A DNA stretch of 64,000 bases, from NCBI GenBank assembly GCA_026770705.1, contig JANJGN010000052.1, forward strand, positions 2,852,001-2,916,000, written 5' to 3'. Positions 13,053 to 23,078 of the stretch are shown one piece after another. The translations under genes were made by a program, and so were the position numbers. The notes under the pieces are model-generated. The model searched no databases. It was given only the letters and a program-made list of their open reading frames with translations, and was not told the DNA's origin. Each line of letters opens with the position of its first letter. Within the stretch, counting starts at the first letter, position 1. The DNA comes from Isurus oxyrinchus. Taxonomy: Eukaryota.

Positions 13053-16000
13053 TGATGTTGAAGTTTGCATTAACTCACATTCCACAGTGATGGTTATGAA
13101 CCCCTCAATTATATTGATCGATGAAGCATTAATCATATCAAGCGAAGTAAATGAGAGATTCTGTGGTGCATCTAAGAACAATTAAAGATTTCATTGTGAA
13201 CAAGACTCAGTACTGAGGGAGTGCTGCAGTGTTGGAGAATCAGTATTCAGGGACTGCTGCAGTGTCAGAGGTGAATTTGTATCAGTTAAAGACTATTGAT
13301 TTGTTGCTAAACACAATGCAGTTGTGGGATCTTGCAATGTACTATGTAGAGATTTCTAGCTAATGTAGAATGAAGGGTGTCCATTCTTACCTTGCACAGT
13401 CAGTATGAGCGTCCCCTCCGATGAAACAGATGGATATCTCACTCTGCAGCTGAGAGTGTGTCCGTGGTGTTTGAGTGATGGGATCAGGGTCAGAACAGAA
13501 GTATAGGTCAGAGTGACACCATGCTGAGTTACAGTGTTTGAGACTGATCCAGGTACGTCAGTGGGAGTGTCCCAGGTTAAGACAGGTGCTGCTGTTCCAT
13601 TGCACGTTGTGTTGAAGGTGCAGCTTACATCCACACGCTTTCCTGCAATAATTTCAGCAGGGAATATCGTGGGTTTATCTGTGAAATCTAACAGACAGAG
13701 AATGGATCCTTTTAGAGAAATATAACGTGAAGCATCAGTTCAAATAGAAATCACAGTCCCACAAGAGAAAGCACTTTTACAAGGATGATATCAGAACTGA
13801 GAGGTTACAATGATCAGGAAAGATTCTTTTGCTCTTTGGCAGTAGTGTTTCTGTCTCTCAGCTTAATACACGTTCACTCCGAGACATGTGAATTGAGAAC
13901 ACTGGATGAGAGAAGAGGCTCAGACCAGAGATTGGAGTTAAAAGCAGAATACTGTGGATGCTGGAAATCTGAAACAAAAACAAAAATTGCTGGAAAGACT
14001 CAGCAGGTCTGACAGTATCAGTGGAGAGGAAGACAGGGTTAACGTTTCGAGTCCGTATGACTCTTCATCAGACCAGAGGTTTGAGTTCACTGGCTTCTCA
14101 TTTCCTCAGTGATCTGGGTGATTTATCACCTTGTGGTTTGTTGGATCTTGCTGTGCACAAACTGCCTGCTGTGTTTAACATCTGTGACCACAATTCAGGA
14201 ATAATTTCATTGGCTGTGAAGGGATTTGGATCCTCCTAAGGTGGTAAATTGCGCAGCAGAAATGCACATCTTTCTTTTATCGATACGTCAGACTTTTAAA
14301 CAGGACAGGAGAGATTGATGGGAATGGATTACCTGATAATACAGTTAATGCTTTTCATCATCGATATTAAAGTAAGTATTAGAGGTTGCTTTAGGACTGA
14401 ACTGGAAGCTATCACCAGGTTATTGAGAATCAGACAGTGTGTTATAATAAGCTGTGTTTTGTGTTAATATGTAAACGTCACAGTTTGTGTTATTTCCCAT
14501 TGAGTGTTGAAAGTGAATTGTTGAGTAATTATAACACAGCACTTACCAGACACGTGAAGCTGGGTTACAGGATAGTAGCTGTAACTATTCCTGCTGTCAA
14601 ATTCTATTCTGAAAAAATAAGGTCCCGCATCTTCCCGTCTGATGTTATTTATAATCAGAGAACAGTCACCATCTTTCAGGTCTCCAGACAGCCGGGTCCG
14701 ATGGTGGAACCGTGGTAACTCGTGACTGTGATCCTTGGAGTGAAAGGCTATAGACGATGTTCTCCATTCCTCATTATTAAACCAGACTCCAACTCGTGGT
14801 TGGTTTTCCAAATGTGATGGATAACTGTAATGACATGGAATCTGTACACAGGAACCTTCCTGCGCTGTCACCTCTCTTGGAGTGTCACCTTTCCACTCTT
14901 GTGACAGTCCAACTGGGGAGAGAAATATCAATATTTAACTCTGGATGTTTTTTCGATCCACTAGACTTGATATCCACCCCCTCCATCACTGGGGCACATT
15001 GGCTGCAGTGTGGACCATCTACAGGACACACAAGGAACTCCCCAAGGTTTCACAATGGATGGAAGAGAATCCTGGACGCAGGAGTGGACAAGTTCATTCT
15101 ACATTGGCTCATGGTCCTCAGGAACCTGTTTAGCTTTTTTTCAAATTATTCATTCATGGGATTTATTGCCCATCCCATGTCCATCAGAGGTATTTAAGAG
15201 TCAACCACATTGCTGTGGGTTTGGAGTGACATGTAGGCCAGACTGGGTAAGGCTGGCAGATTTCCTTCCCTATAGGTGATCAGTGAACCAGGCTTTTTAA
15301 TCCCATTCATCTGCTGTGATAGGATTCACACCCAGGGCCCCAGAGCATCACCCTGGGCCTCTGGAATACCAGCCCAGTGACAATACCTCTCTGCTACCGC
15401 TTCCCCTTAGTGAAGCCAGTCTTCCACCCAACACAGTGTCTACAAGACACACCAATTGAGATCCATTCAGTGCTGATTTACAAGACAGGACAATGGATTA
15501 GGAGCCCTCAGAACTCCCCCCATTATCACCGTCATGAATCACTAATTAGCCTAACATTCTTGTCTGCTCTTCAACACAGCTGATTGGCTAATGTGATTCA
15601 ATCTGATTGGTGTTCATTCCCTCTTCAATGTTTAAGGAATCACCAATCACTCGGCCTCTAGTTATTCTCCTGCCCACAAGAGGGAACATTCTCTGTCTAC
15701 CCAGTCAATCAAAACATTTCATCTAAACCAAGTGGTGCTTGAGTATATAGTCGGGAATCCAGGGCAATGGAGCATCAGGAGATGAGATGGAAACCCTGTG
15801 AGGTGGAACGTCACTGAGGCCATCCGAGTTGAAGCGACTTTTGGAGAGAATTCCAAGGCAAGATCTTCGAAGTTGAAGATTGGAATCCCTCATGAGAGAA
15901 ACAGAGTTTCAGTGAGATTGGTTGACTGACAGTGTTCACTGATGTCCGGGTGGGTTGTTGTGAAATCCATGGGCTCTATCTTGGTCGCGTTTACAATTTA

Positions 16001-18383
16001 ATGAGTAATGTGGCTGTGAGACCACAGTTTGCCTGTTAATTCACATGAGCTCATATTAATCCAGAATGTTAGGGTATAAGGTGGATATTGTGAATTATTT
16101 TATCTTTCTGAGCTGGTGCAGTAACGTTTATTTTTATTTGTTTAAAAGCCATGGAATCTTGTAGCTTTATTCTCTTTGCAAGCGTCTTAAATCTCAAACC
16201 TCGTCTACTTGAAACAAAATTTTATTGGTTCCTAACTGTAAATTATCAAAAAAAATTGGGTGCCTGTTCCTCCATCAGCAACTCTTCAGAATCCTGCTGA
16301 AGTCACGGATATTTCAGAAGGACAGGGAACAAGAGGTTTCTGGTATCAGCGTTTTGTGTGGGGCCCAGTTCAGTTTGAACAAATAAACAACACCATCTTT
16401 GAAAGTCATGAACCCACCACAGCGGCACCTCCGACACATGCAGAGCTCAGGCGAGAGGCGCTTTGTTAGTGTGTTTCACAGGGTCTGCTGGAGTAGGGTC
16501 AGTGCTGAGAGGGTCTGCTCAAGGATCATAACAACCTGCACTTGCACCTTCCAAGTAATAAGATTTTGTAAATGTATTCATTCATGGGATGTGGGCGTCG
16601 CTGCCAAGGCCAGCATTTACTGCCCATCTCTAATGTCCCGTGACATAATCTCTGTAGCAGAGTAGAGACAATCATGATCACTCAGGATATTTGACATCTA
16701 TCCACATGAGCAGCTTTGCCTTCCTTCTCTCTTTCAGTTATCTTACTCCCTTATTGAAGTTTCTAGCATGGTGAGAACTGGATGGTTTGCTCGGACATTT
16801 CAGAGGAACCACGTTGCTATGAGTCTGGAGTCACATGTAGGCCAGACCAGATATAGACGGCAGATTTCCTTCCCTAAAGGCCATTAGTGAACCAGATGGG
16901 TGTGTATGACAATCGATGATAGTTTCATGGTCTCCATTACTGAGACTAACTCCCATTAGTGTAAACAGAGTGAACAGTTTTCCATTGATCCCACCTTTCC
17001 CGTTCTCTCCGGTGTTTTACACACTATTGCTCGATAATTTGATTCTGCCAAGGACCCCTTGGAAAATCATGGACCCCAGTTAGACAACCGATGGAATAAG
17101 GAATATCTTTGGATCCTCATTGTTGAAGGAATCTCTTTGGATCCTCATTGTCTAAGGGATTATTTCTGATCCAAACCCCATATTGTTGTATTGTTGATTC
17201 CGATGCAGCATTGTAGACTGACTTGTCCCCAAGCTCAGCACTGACCCTACTCCAGCAGACCCTGTGAAACACACTAACAAAGTGCCTCTAGCCTGAGCTC
17301 TGCATGTGTCGGAGGTGCCGCTGTGGTGGTTTCATGACTTTCAAAGATGCTGTTGTCATTTTTTTTGTTCAAACTGAACTGGGCCCCACATGAAGTGTTG
17401 ATACCAGAAACCTCTTGTTCCCTGTCCTTCTGAAACATCTGTGATTCAGCAGGATTCTGAAGATTTGCTGACAAGGGTCTTAAATTGTCTGATTGTTGAA
17501 TGATACAACACAGGAGGAGCTTGTTTGATCCATTGTGCATGTGCTGACTCTTTCCCAATTCCTCTCCAGCACCTTTCACACAGCCCTGCAAATTTCCCTT
17601 CAAGTATTTATCCAGTTCCCCTTCTGAAAGTTCCTGTTGAATCTGCTTCCACCGCCCTTTCAGGCAGTGAGTCAATGGTCTCTCTCTGAGCTGCAAAGTG
17701 CTCAGATTCTGTGAAATTTAAACTCTGCAGCAGGTCAGAGACACTCATGATAACTCAGAATATTTGACAGTTTTACACACAGACAGCTTTACCTTCCTTC
17801 TCTCTTTCAGTTATCTTGCTCCCTTATTGAAGTATCTAGCAAGGTGAGAATGGACAGGAAGTGTGACACTGAACAGCCTGTCTATTCTAGGAGCTGCTGT
17901 GTTGTCTTCATGGGAAATTTGAATAAAGGCAGCAAAGGACACAAATTTCAGGCCATTGCTATCGGAGACCTCTCTTTCGGATAGGCTTCACCCCCCAGTT
18001 TTTATCCCTGCTTCTCTACTCAAGTCATCAATCCCCATCGCTCACTGACCAACGTCTGACAGCACCTGAATTTTAAGATTCTGCTCTCGCTGCTACAACC
18101 CTGCCTATCCCTGTACACTCCTCCAGCCCCTACAACCCTCCAAGACCTCTGGTCTCCTCCAATTCTGCTGTCAGACAGGGAGTCAGTGTATATCAGTGAG
18201 CACAGGGGTGATGGATGAATGGGAAATGGTGTGAGTTTGTACACTGGGTCACTCCTAAATCGGTTCCCAATTAGAGTTCAATAAGAATGATCTTTTACAA
18301 AGACTATTAACCAAAAGTCTGTCCGAGCTGATGATGATATTACCTTGGAGAAGTGACAGGAGGAAGTATGATTTACCGATCAT
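2516..18383 (-). CDS. Gene A: Siglec-family inhibitory receptor (MAG/CD33-related); leader + V-set + C2 + mini Ig exon + 7 tandem C2 + TM + tyrosine-motif tail, multi-exon
   Basis: Exons 18344-18383, 14547-14912, 13391-13687, 13079-13171, 12133-12414, 11190-11471, 10159-10440, 9057-9338, 7975-8256, 6717-6998, 5683-5964, 4466-4562, 3690-3771, 2516-2764. All have GT/AG boundaries and compatible phases (1...1,2,0). Sum is 3198 nt = 1065 aa + stop. Confidence 0.88.
2955..3478. repeat. 33-bp minisatellite (CAGTACTGACCCTCTGACAGTGCAGCACTCCCT)n
   Basis: About 16 direct units. Same family at 23225-23370, 48730-49015, 51665-52085, 54085-54325, 60655-60750 and 62785-63070. Confidence 0.92.
3690..3771 (-). 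CDS. Gene A cytoplasmic exon 1
   Basis: RKTAMEERGSGTNYIALTLRSLSVKHQ. 82 bp, phase 2-0. Confidence 0.85.
4466..4562 (-). CDS. Gene A transmembrane exon
   Basis: RDSSKWTVGLFTAGIMLSVFLAGIFIFICVRK. tttttacag acceptor, gtaagt donor, 97 bp, phase 1-2. No charged residue in the TM. Confidence 0.9.
5380..5451 (-). pseudogene. 3' remnant of a C2 exon (DYQSVAENEHGAVEGFITITVE)
   Basis: Only the last ~22 codons and the donor remain. Cys changed to Ser. No polypyrimidine tract. Confidence 0.75.
5683..5964 (-). CDS. Gene A tandem C2 exon (7th)
   Basis: 282 bp, open frame. Confidence 0.88.
6717..6998 (-). CDS. Gene A tandem C2 exon (6th)
   Basis: 282 bp, open frame. Confidence 0.88.
7975..8256 (-). CDS. 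Gene A tandem C2 exon (5th)
   Basis: 282 bp, open frame. Confidence 0.88.
9057..9338 (-). CDS. Gene A tandem C2 exon (4th)
   Basis: 282 bp, open frame. Confidence 0.88.
10002..10150. other. Assembly gap (others: 22466-22603, 47962-48141, 61890-62066, 63335-63474)
   Basis: Runs of N. Confidence 0.99.
10159..10440 (-). CDS. Gene A tandem C2 exon (3rd)
   Basis: 282 bp, open frame, donor next to an N gap. Confidence 0.87.
11190..11471 (-). CDS. Gene A tandem C2 exon (2nd)
   Basis: 282 bp, ag/gt intact, open frame. Confidence 0.88.
12133..12414 (-). CDS. Gene A tandem C2 exon (1st full copy)
   Basis: DAPRNLSITSLG...CSVESFPASNLTW...DTGDYQCVAENEHG. 282 bp, phase 1-1. Confidence 0.88.
13079..13171 (-). 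CDS. Internally deleted C2 mini-exon (31 codons)
   Basis: DAPQNLSFTSLDMINASSINIIEG/FITITVE. Both splice sites intact. 93 bp, in frame. Confidence 0.6.
13391..13687 (-). CDS. Gene A Ig C2 domain 2 exon
   Basis: DFTDKPTIFPAEIIAGKRVDVSCTFNTTCNGTAAPVLTW...LSCRVRYP. Extra Cys is typical of the Siglec V-C2 interdomain disulfide. 297 bp. Confidence 0.92.
13940..14072. mobile_element. Short Penelope-like terminal fragment
   Basis: Reverse complement resembles 29180-29247, the end of the Penelope-like element. Confidence 0.5.
14547..14912 (-). CDS. Gene A Siglec V-set Ig exon
   Basis: EGSCVQIPC, GDCSL and DAGPYFFRIE: Siglec Cys pattern plus F-strand Arg in place of the canonical Cys. 366 bp, phase 1-1. 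Confidence 0.93.
16275..17470. repeat. Inverted repeat, ~235-bp arms (16275-16509 / 17234-17470)
   Basis: The arms are reverse complements with scattered mismatches. Confidence 0.85.
18344..18383 (-). CDS. Gene A signal-peptide exon (MIGKSYFLLSLLQ)
   Basis: ATG at 18383. Phase-1 donor CAAG|gtaata joins V exon VGLS-QEW. Acceptor ctctttcag at 18426. Confidence 0.85.
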
Positions 18384-18816
18384 TGTCCACTCCCAGATAT
18401 TTCCTCAGCTTCTAACTCTGAAGTTCTGAAAGAGAAAGGAGTTAATGAGACTTCACCTCTTGTCCGAATGCTCTCGAGAGATCAGAACTGCTTTTAGACA
18501 ATATCTTCACAGAATAATTTGATTCTCTGTGGGATGATAGGTGCTCTGCAGAGAGTTACAATGCTTTCAGAAAGAAAAACAATGAAGGTCTTGCATTTCT
18601 ATAGCACCTTTCACCACCTCAGGATGTCCCCAAGCTCATATCTCTTGAGCTAGAACGATGTTCTGTACAACAGACTTGAGCCTCACACCCAGATCTCAAT
18701 AATCAGTAGAAATCTTTCAAAGGCATCGATCATTGGAATCTGTCTTTATAAAGTCACAACATCAACAAAGGACAGTGTTGGTGGTGGAAGTGAATTCCAA
18801 TCGTTCCGTTACTTAC

Positions 18817-18960
18817 CCAGGACCTGTCCGACTGCTCGCCTGGGGAGGAACTGCCCACACGCTCTGCTTGGGCTGAATGACCTCTTCCTGTGCTGCTCCC
18901 TCTGTGTATTTAATTAGAAAGGGTTGATGTGTCTCTGTGAGTCAAAATGAGGAAGTTGGA
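18817..18960 (-). promoter_or_regulatory. Putative promoter and non-coding first exon of gene A
   Basis: Donor CTGG|gtaagt at 18816. AT-rich box near 18908-18916, Ets/PU.1-type GAGGAAGT at 18949-18956, TGAGTCA at 18938-18944. Conserved in both gene B cassettes except the TGAGTCA. Confidence 0.55.
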
Positions 18961-19471
18961 ACAAAGTGACAGAACAGCACTTTGCTGTGCACTGTTAGCA
19001 AACCCTGTGTCTGTATAAGAATATAAGAACAGAATGAGTAGGATCAGCTGGACACCCTGACATTTTCATTCCTTATATTCCATCCGCTCACTTTCTATCC
19101 ACTCATGGAAACTATTTATCTCCCTCTGCAGCCTCTTTGTGTCCTCCTCAGAACTAGCTTTCCTGCTCAGCTTATATATTTCCTACCTATCTTCACCACA
19201 CAGTCAGAAAATCTGCCGACAGTAAAGTCAGTCTCTTCATCAAAGTCACTAATGTCGATTGTGAATAGTTGAGTCCTCAGCACTGATCCCTGTGGCTCTC
19301 CACTAGTTACAGTTTACCAAGCTGAAAATCACCCATTTATCCTGGCTCTCTGTTTCCTGTCAGTTAGCCAGTCCTCTATCCGTATTAATATATACCCCCA
19401 ACACCATCCAATTTCACCCTGTGCAGTATCCTTTGATGTGGCAACTTATCGAATGCCTTTTGGAAATGCAA

Positions 19472-20301
19472 TGTCATGAAGATATATTTGTGTGTAACAT
19501 GTGCTTGGAAATAATATCTTCAAATAGAATTCTAGTGGTGGTCCATGTATAGGTGTGTGTCTGTGTGTGTCTTAATTGGATTAAAGCCAGCTGGTCTGTG
19601 TGCTTTGATGTTTAGTAGTTTTGAGATGTTAATTGGGTGAATTGTGAGGAGAACAGTAAAGTGTTCATTTGCAAATTGTTGAATAAACCTTTCCATACTG
19701 GGGGTAAAATCTTGCACCTAGTTAGAAGGAGCCAAAAGATGTGTTTTTTCTTGAACTTACTAATGAAATTGGTGCAATGAAAGGGGGTTTTATTGTTCGA
19801 AGAGCTGGAGTTCAGAAGTCCGAGCGATACAATGGAAAATTTACATTCAAAGGGAAAGCTAGCTATATAAAAGAAGGAGTTTGTGTGTGTGAGGCAGGAG
19901 CATTTCAGACCTAACCAGCCTGTAGCCTCCAACCAACTTGCAAAGGAACCTCATTCGGAATTCGTAATGTCAAATGTGCTTTGCCTGGTGTCTATATTAT
20001 GTCAATGGTTCATTGTTGTCTTAGTAGAGATTTACGTGGGGTTGATTAATTTGGGGATTTGTTAAAAAGTTATTATAGTAGTTATTTGTAGCCAATGTGT
20101 ATGTGTTAATTTTGTTGTTAAATTAATAAATGGTTCATTTAGTTTTATATAAAAAAAACCCACAATCCTCCGTGGTCTTAATCCTACGGAATTCAAAGTC
20201 TTCATCTCGAAATTACAAACAGCAAAATTGGGTTACGACAGTTGTTTCAATTTTCCCTCTGGGATTTGAACAACTCAGCCTTTACCCTTGGCTGTGTCAT
20301 A
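19472..20301 (+). mobile_element. Solo-LTR-like element inside a CR1 fragment (copy at 44704-45530)
   Basis: TGTCAT start, internal AATAAA, interrupts LINE sequence. Related to 23518-24234. Confidence 0.55.
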
Positions 20302-21010
20302 GTCCCTAATACACCACATCTACAGGTTCCCCTTTATCCAATCCACTTGTTACATCCTCGAGGAAATCTAATTATTTTTTCAAACATGATATCCCTTTCA
20401 CAAACCCATGTTGACTCTGTCTGATTGAATTATGGTTTTCTAAATGTCCTGCTGCTCCCTCCTTCATAATGAATTCTGGTATTTTCCCAATGACAGATAT
20501 TAGACTAACTGACCTGTGGTTTCTTGCTTTCTGCCTCCCCCCTTTATTGAACAGACGTGTTTCATTTATGTTTTTCCAATCCGCTGGGACCTTCCCATAA
20601 TCTAAGGAATTCTGGAAGATTACAACCAATGCATCCACCGTCTCTGCAGCCATTTCCTTTCAGACCCTCACATTCAGGCCGTCTGCTCCATGGGACTTGT
20701 CAGCATCTGTCTCATTAGTTTTCTTAATACTTTTTCTCTGGTGATAGTGATTGTTTTATGTTCCTCCCTCCTTGTTGCACCGTGACTTTCTCCTGCTATT
20801 GGGATGGTTTTAGAGATTTTTACTGTGAAGACAGACCCAAAATTCTTGTTGAAAGTCTCTGTCATTTCCTGTTTCCCATTATTAATTCCCCAGTCTGATT
20901 TTCTATGTGTCCCATTATTACTGTAGCTTCTCTCTTATTTTAATGTACAACATCTCACTGTCATTGTTTATGGTTCTTGCTAGTTTACTCTCATATCATC
21001 ATTTCTGCCT
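20302..21010 (-). mobile_element. CR1 LINE ORF2 fragment (with 19190-19470; longer copy 45531-47190)
   Basis: VPADWK..N...LF.KGGRQK..N.RSVSL.SVIGK...SQHGFVKG.SC. Confidence 0.8.
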
Positions 21011-22829
21011 CTTTATTATTCTGCTGGGATCCTTCAGGTCAGATTTTTGCCCTCGGCAGGGGTGCACAGGGCTGGGGGCGGTGAGGAATCCGACTATTGC
21101 CTGCGATCAGCTCCGCGCTGCGATTTTACGCTTCCGGGCTAATTAAGGCCTGCCAGCATAAGATGTGGCTGCAGAATGAGTGCAAAGGGACAGGCAGAGG
21201 TGGGTGCTTAGTGACTGCATGGACCAATGGTGTGCCAGCGGCCGATTGAAATCTGGCCACGGCAACCTTCAAAAGGCTTCCGGTGAAGGACGTTGAAATC
21301 ATGGTGGACAGCGTTCCGGGTGGAGGGGCATTCGGCCCTGCGTTTCCCTGATGAGTGATGCTGCCCTCCTGGAGGGTGTGGATATTGACCCCACTGCTCC
21401 CCCTCTCCCACTCCGCCATTCTATCCTGGGAGACCTGCCAGGTTCCTTGTTCCAGCTGCGATGGGCAGCCCTTCCACACTTTCCTGAAGGCCCCGCCCTT
21501 CATGTCCAAAAGCGCTAAGTTAGAGCAGGGATGGAGAAATGAACAGGGGGTGTGGGATAAGTGTGGGGGTCTCACAGCCAGAACAGATGCTGCCTCGGGA
21601 GTGGGGGGGGGAGGTTTCACCAGCTCTCTGTCTTAACATCGTAACCACAGTGTGAAGATTGTCCCCATTCCCTGTATCTTAATAATATTGTAAAGACAAC
21701 TGGGAGATGTGCTGCAATCGCTGAGAAAGTACTTGGTGTGCTTACAGCACCACCACTGGCAAGAGAGTGTAAGTACAGTGTGACATGTTTACATGGGAAA
21801 TTCTCATGATAAATGTGGACACAGGAATTTACATAATTTGGTGGGGAAATGCAATGACATGAATTAAAAGATTGGAGCAGGGAGGTTGTCCCAGAGTAAG
21901 ATGTTTAATAAAAATATATCTGTACAGAGTTGTCTGGGCATTTCAATCCCTTGTGACAATAAATGTAATATTATAGAAAATGCAAAAGCTTCTTGTAATC
22001 TATCACAGAATAAACAAGTTGCAGAATTCAGAAAGCACATTCTGAAATGTTAACAATGTTTAGTGATGTCACATTTCTGCTAATTACTATTCGGCCATGT
22101 TGGCTGCACGCAGTCAGGCAGTCCCTCGGTTGTGATGTGTCCACACAGCAGGACTGGGATGCATCAGCATCAAAGGACATGCTTAGTTGTTGCCGTGCAA
22201 TGCATTTATTGCGAGCCTGTTGCACACACGCCCTGTCGAAGGATTCTCCGTGTTTGCATTCTGAATCGAGGCAGATCAACGTTACTACAACAACTTGCAT
22301 TTATATAGCACACTTAAAGTAGCAAACTGTCCCAAAGCTCTTCAGGGGATTGTTAACCATATATAAATCCATCTCTGAGACAAATAATGAGATATAAGGG
22401 ACAGGTGACAAAAAGCTGAGTTAACAAAGCCAGTTAATAAGGACCATGTTAAAGGAGGAGAGAGANNNNNNNNNNNNNNNNNNNNNNNNNNNNNNNNNNN
22501 NNNNNNNNNNNNNNNNNNNNNNNNNNNNNNNNNNNNNNNNNNNNNNNNNNNNNNNNNNNNNNNNNNNNNNNNNNNNNNNNNNNNNNNNNNNNNNNNNNNN
22601 NNNGAGTGACAGACTGGGAGAAAGAGAGACACTGAATCTCTGTCCCCAATGACTCAGCATCAAGTCGTCTCTGGGGAAACATTTCATTCCAAACCTCACC
22701 AACCACAGACTCATTCAGTCCCTTCCTCCCTCTCTCCCCCTCTCCCCCAGTGGGTTGTCTCATGTTCCAAGGAATTACAATGCCTGCCTCCATCCACAAA
22801 CCTCCTCACCCCCTCTCCCCGTTTCACAA

Positions 22830-23078
22830 TCAGTTTCGCTTGAATCTGATCTGTGCGTATTCCGTCTCCTCTTCCCTGTGGACAGACCCATCACCACTGG
22901 GCACCCTGAAGACTTGGGGATTGGCATAGAGAAGGCCGGCGGGATTGTCAGGGTTCCCATGTCCAGCATCACCTCCCACTGCACATTCAGAGACACCCCG
23001 GGGAGCTGGGGTCACCCCCTCGCTAGTTGTGTCTCTGGTTGTGTTCCGGGGCTCAGTAATCAGCACGTTCTGTTTACC
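22830..23078 (-). CDS. Gene B terminal exon (LLYANP, TEYAQI)
   Basis: 249 bp, acceptor ctctgtag. Confidence 0.88.
   Translation of the reverse strand, partial: GKQNVLITEPRNTTRDTTSEGVTPAPRGVSECAVGGDAGHGNPDNPAGLLYANPQVFRVPSGDGSVHREEETEYAQIRFKRN

Noticed and set aside
21040-21640. GC-rich block with a 164-aa ORF
   Set aside because: Absent from the duplicate copy and shows no recognisable domain; probably a transposon fragment I cannot classify.
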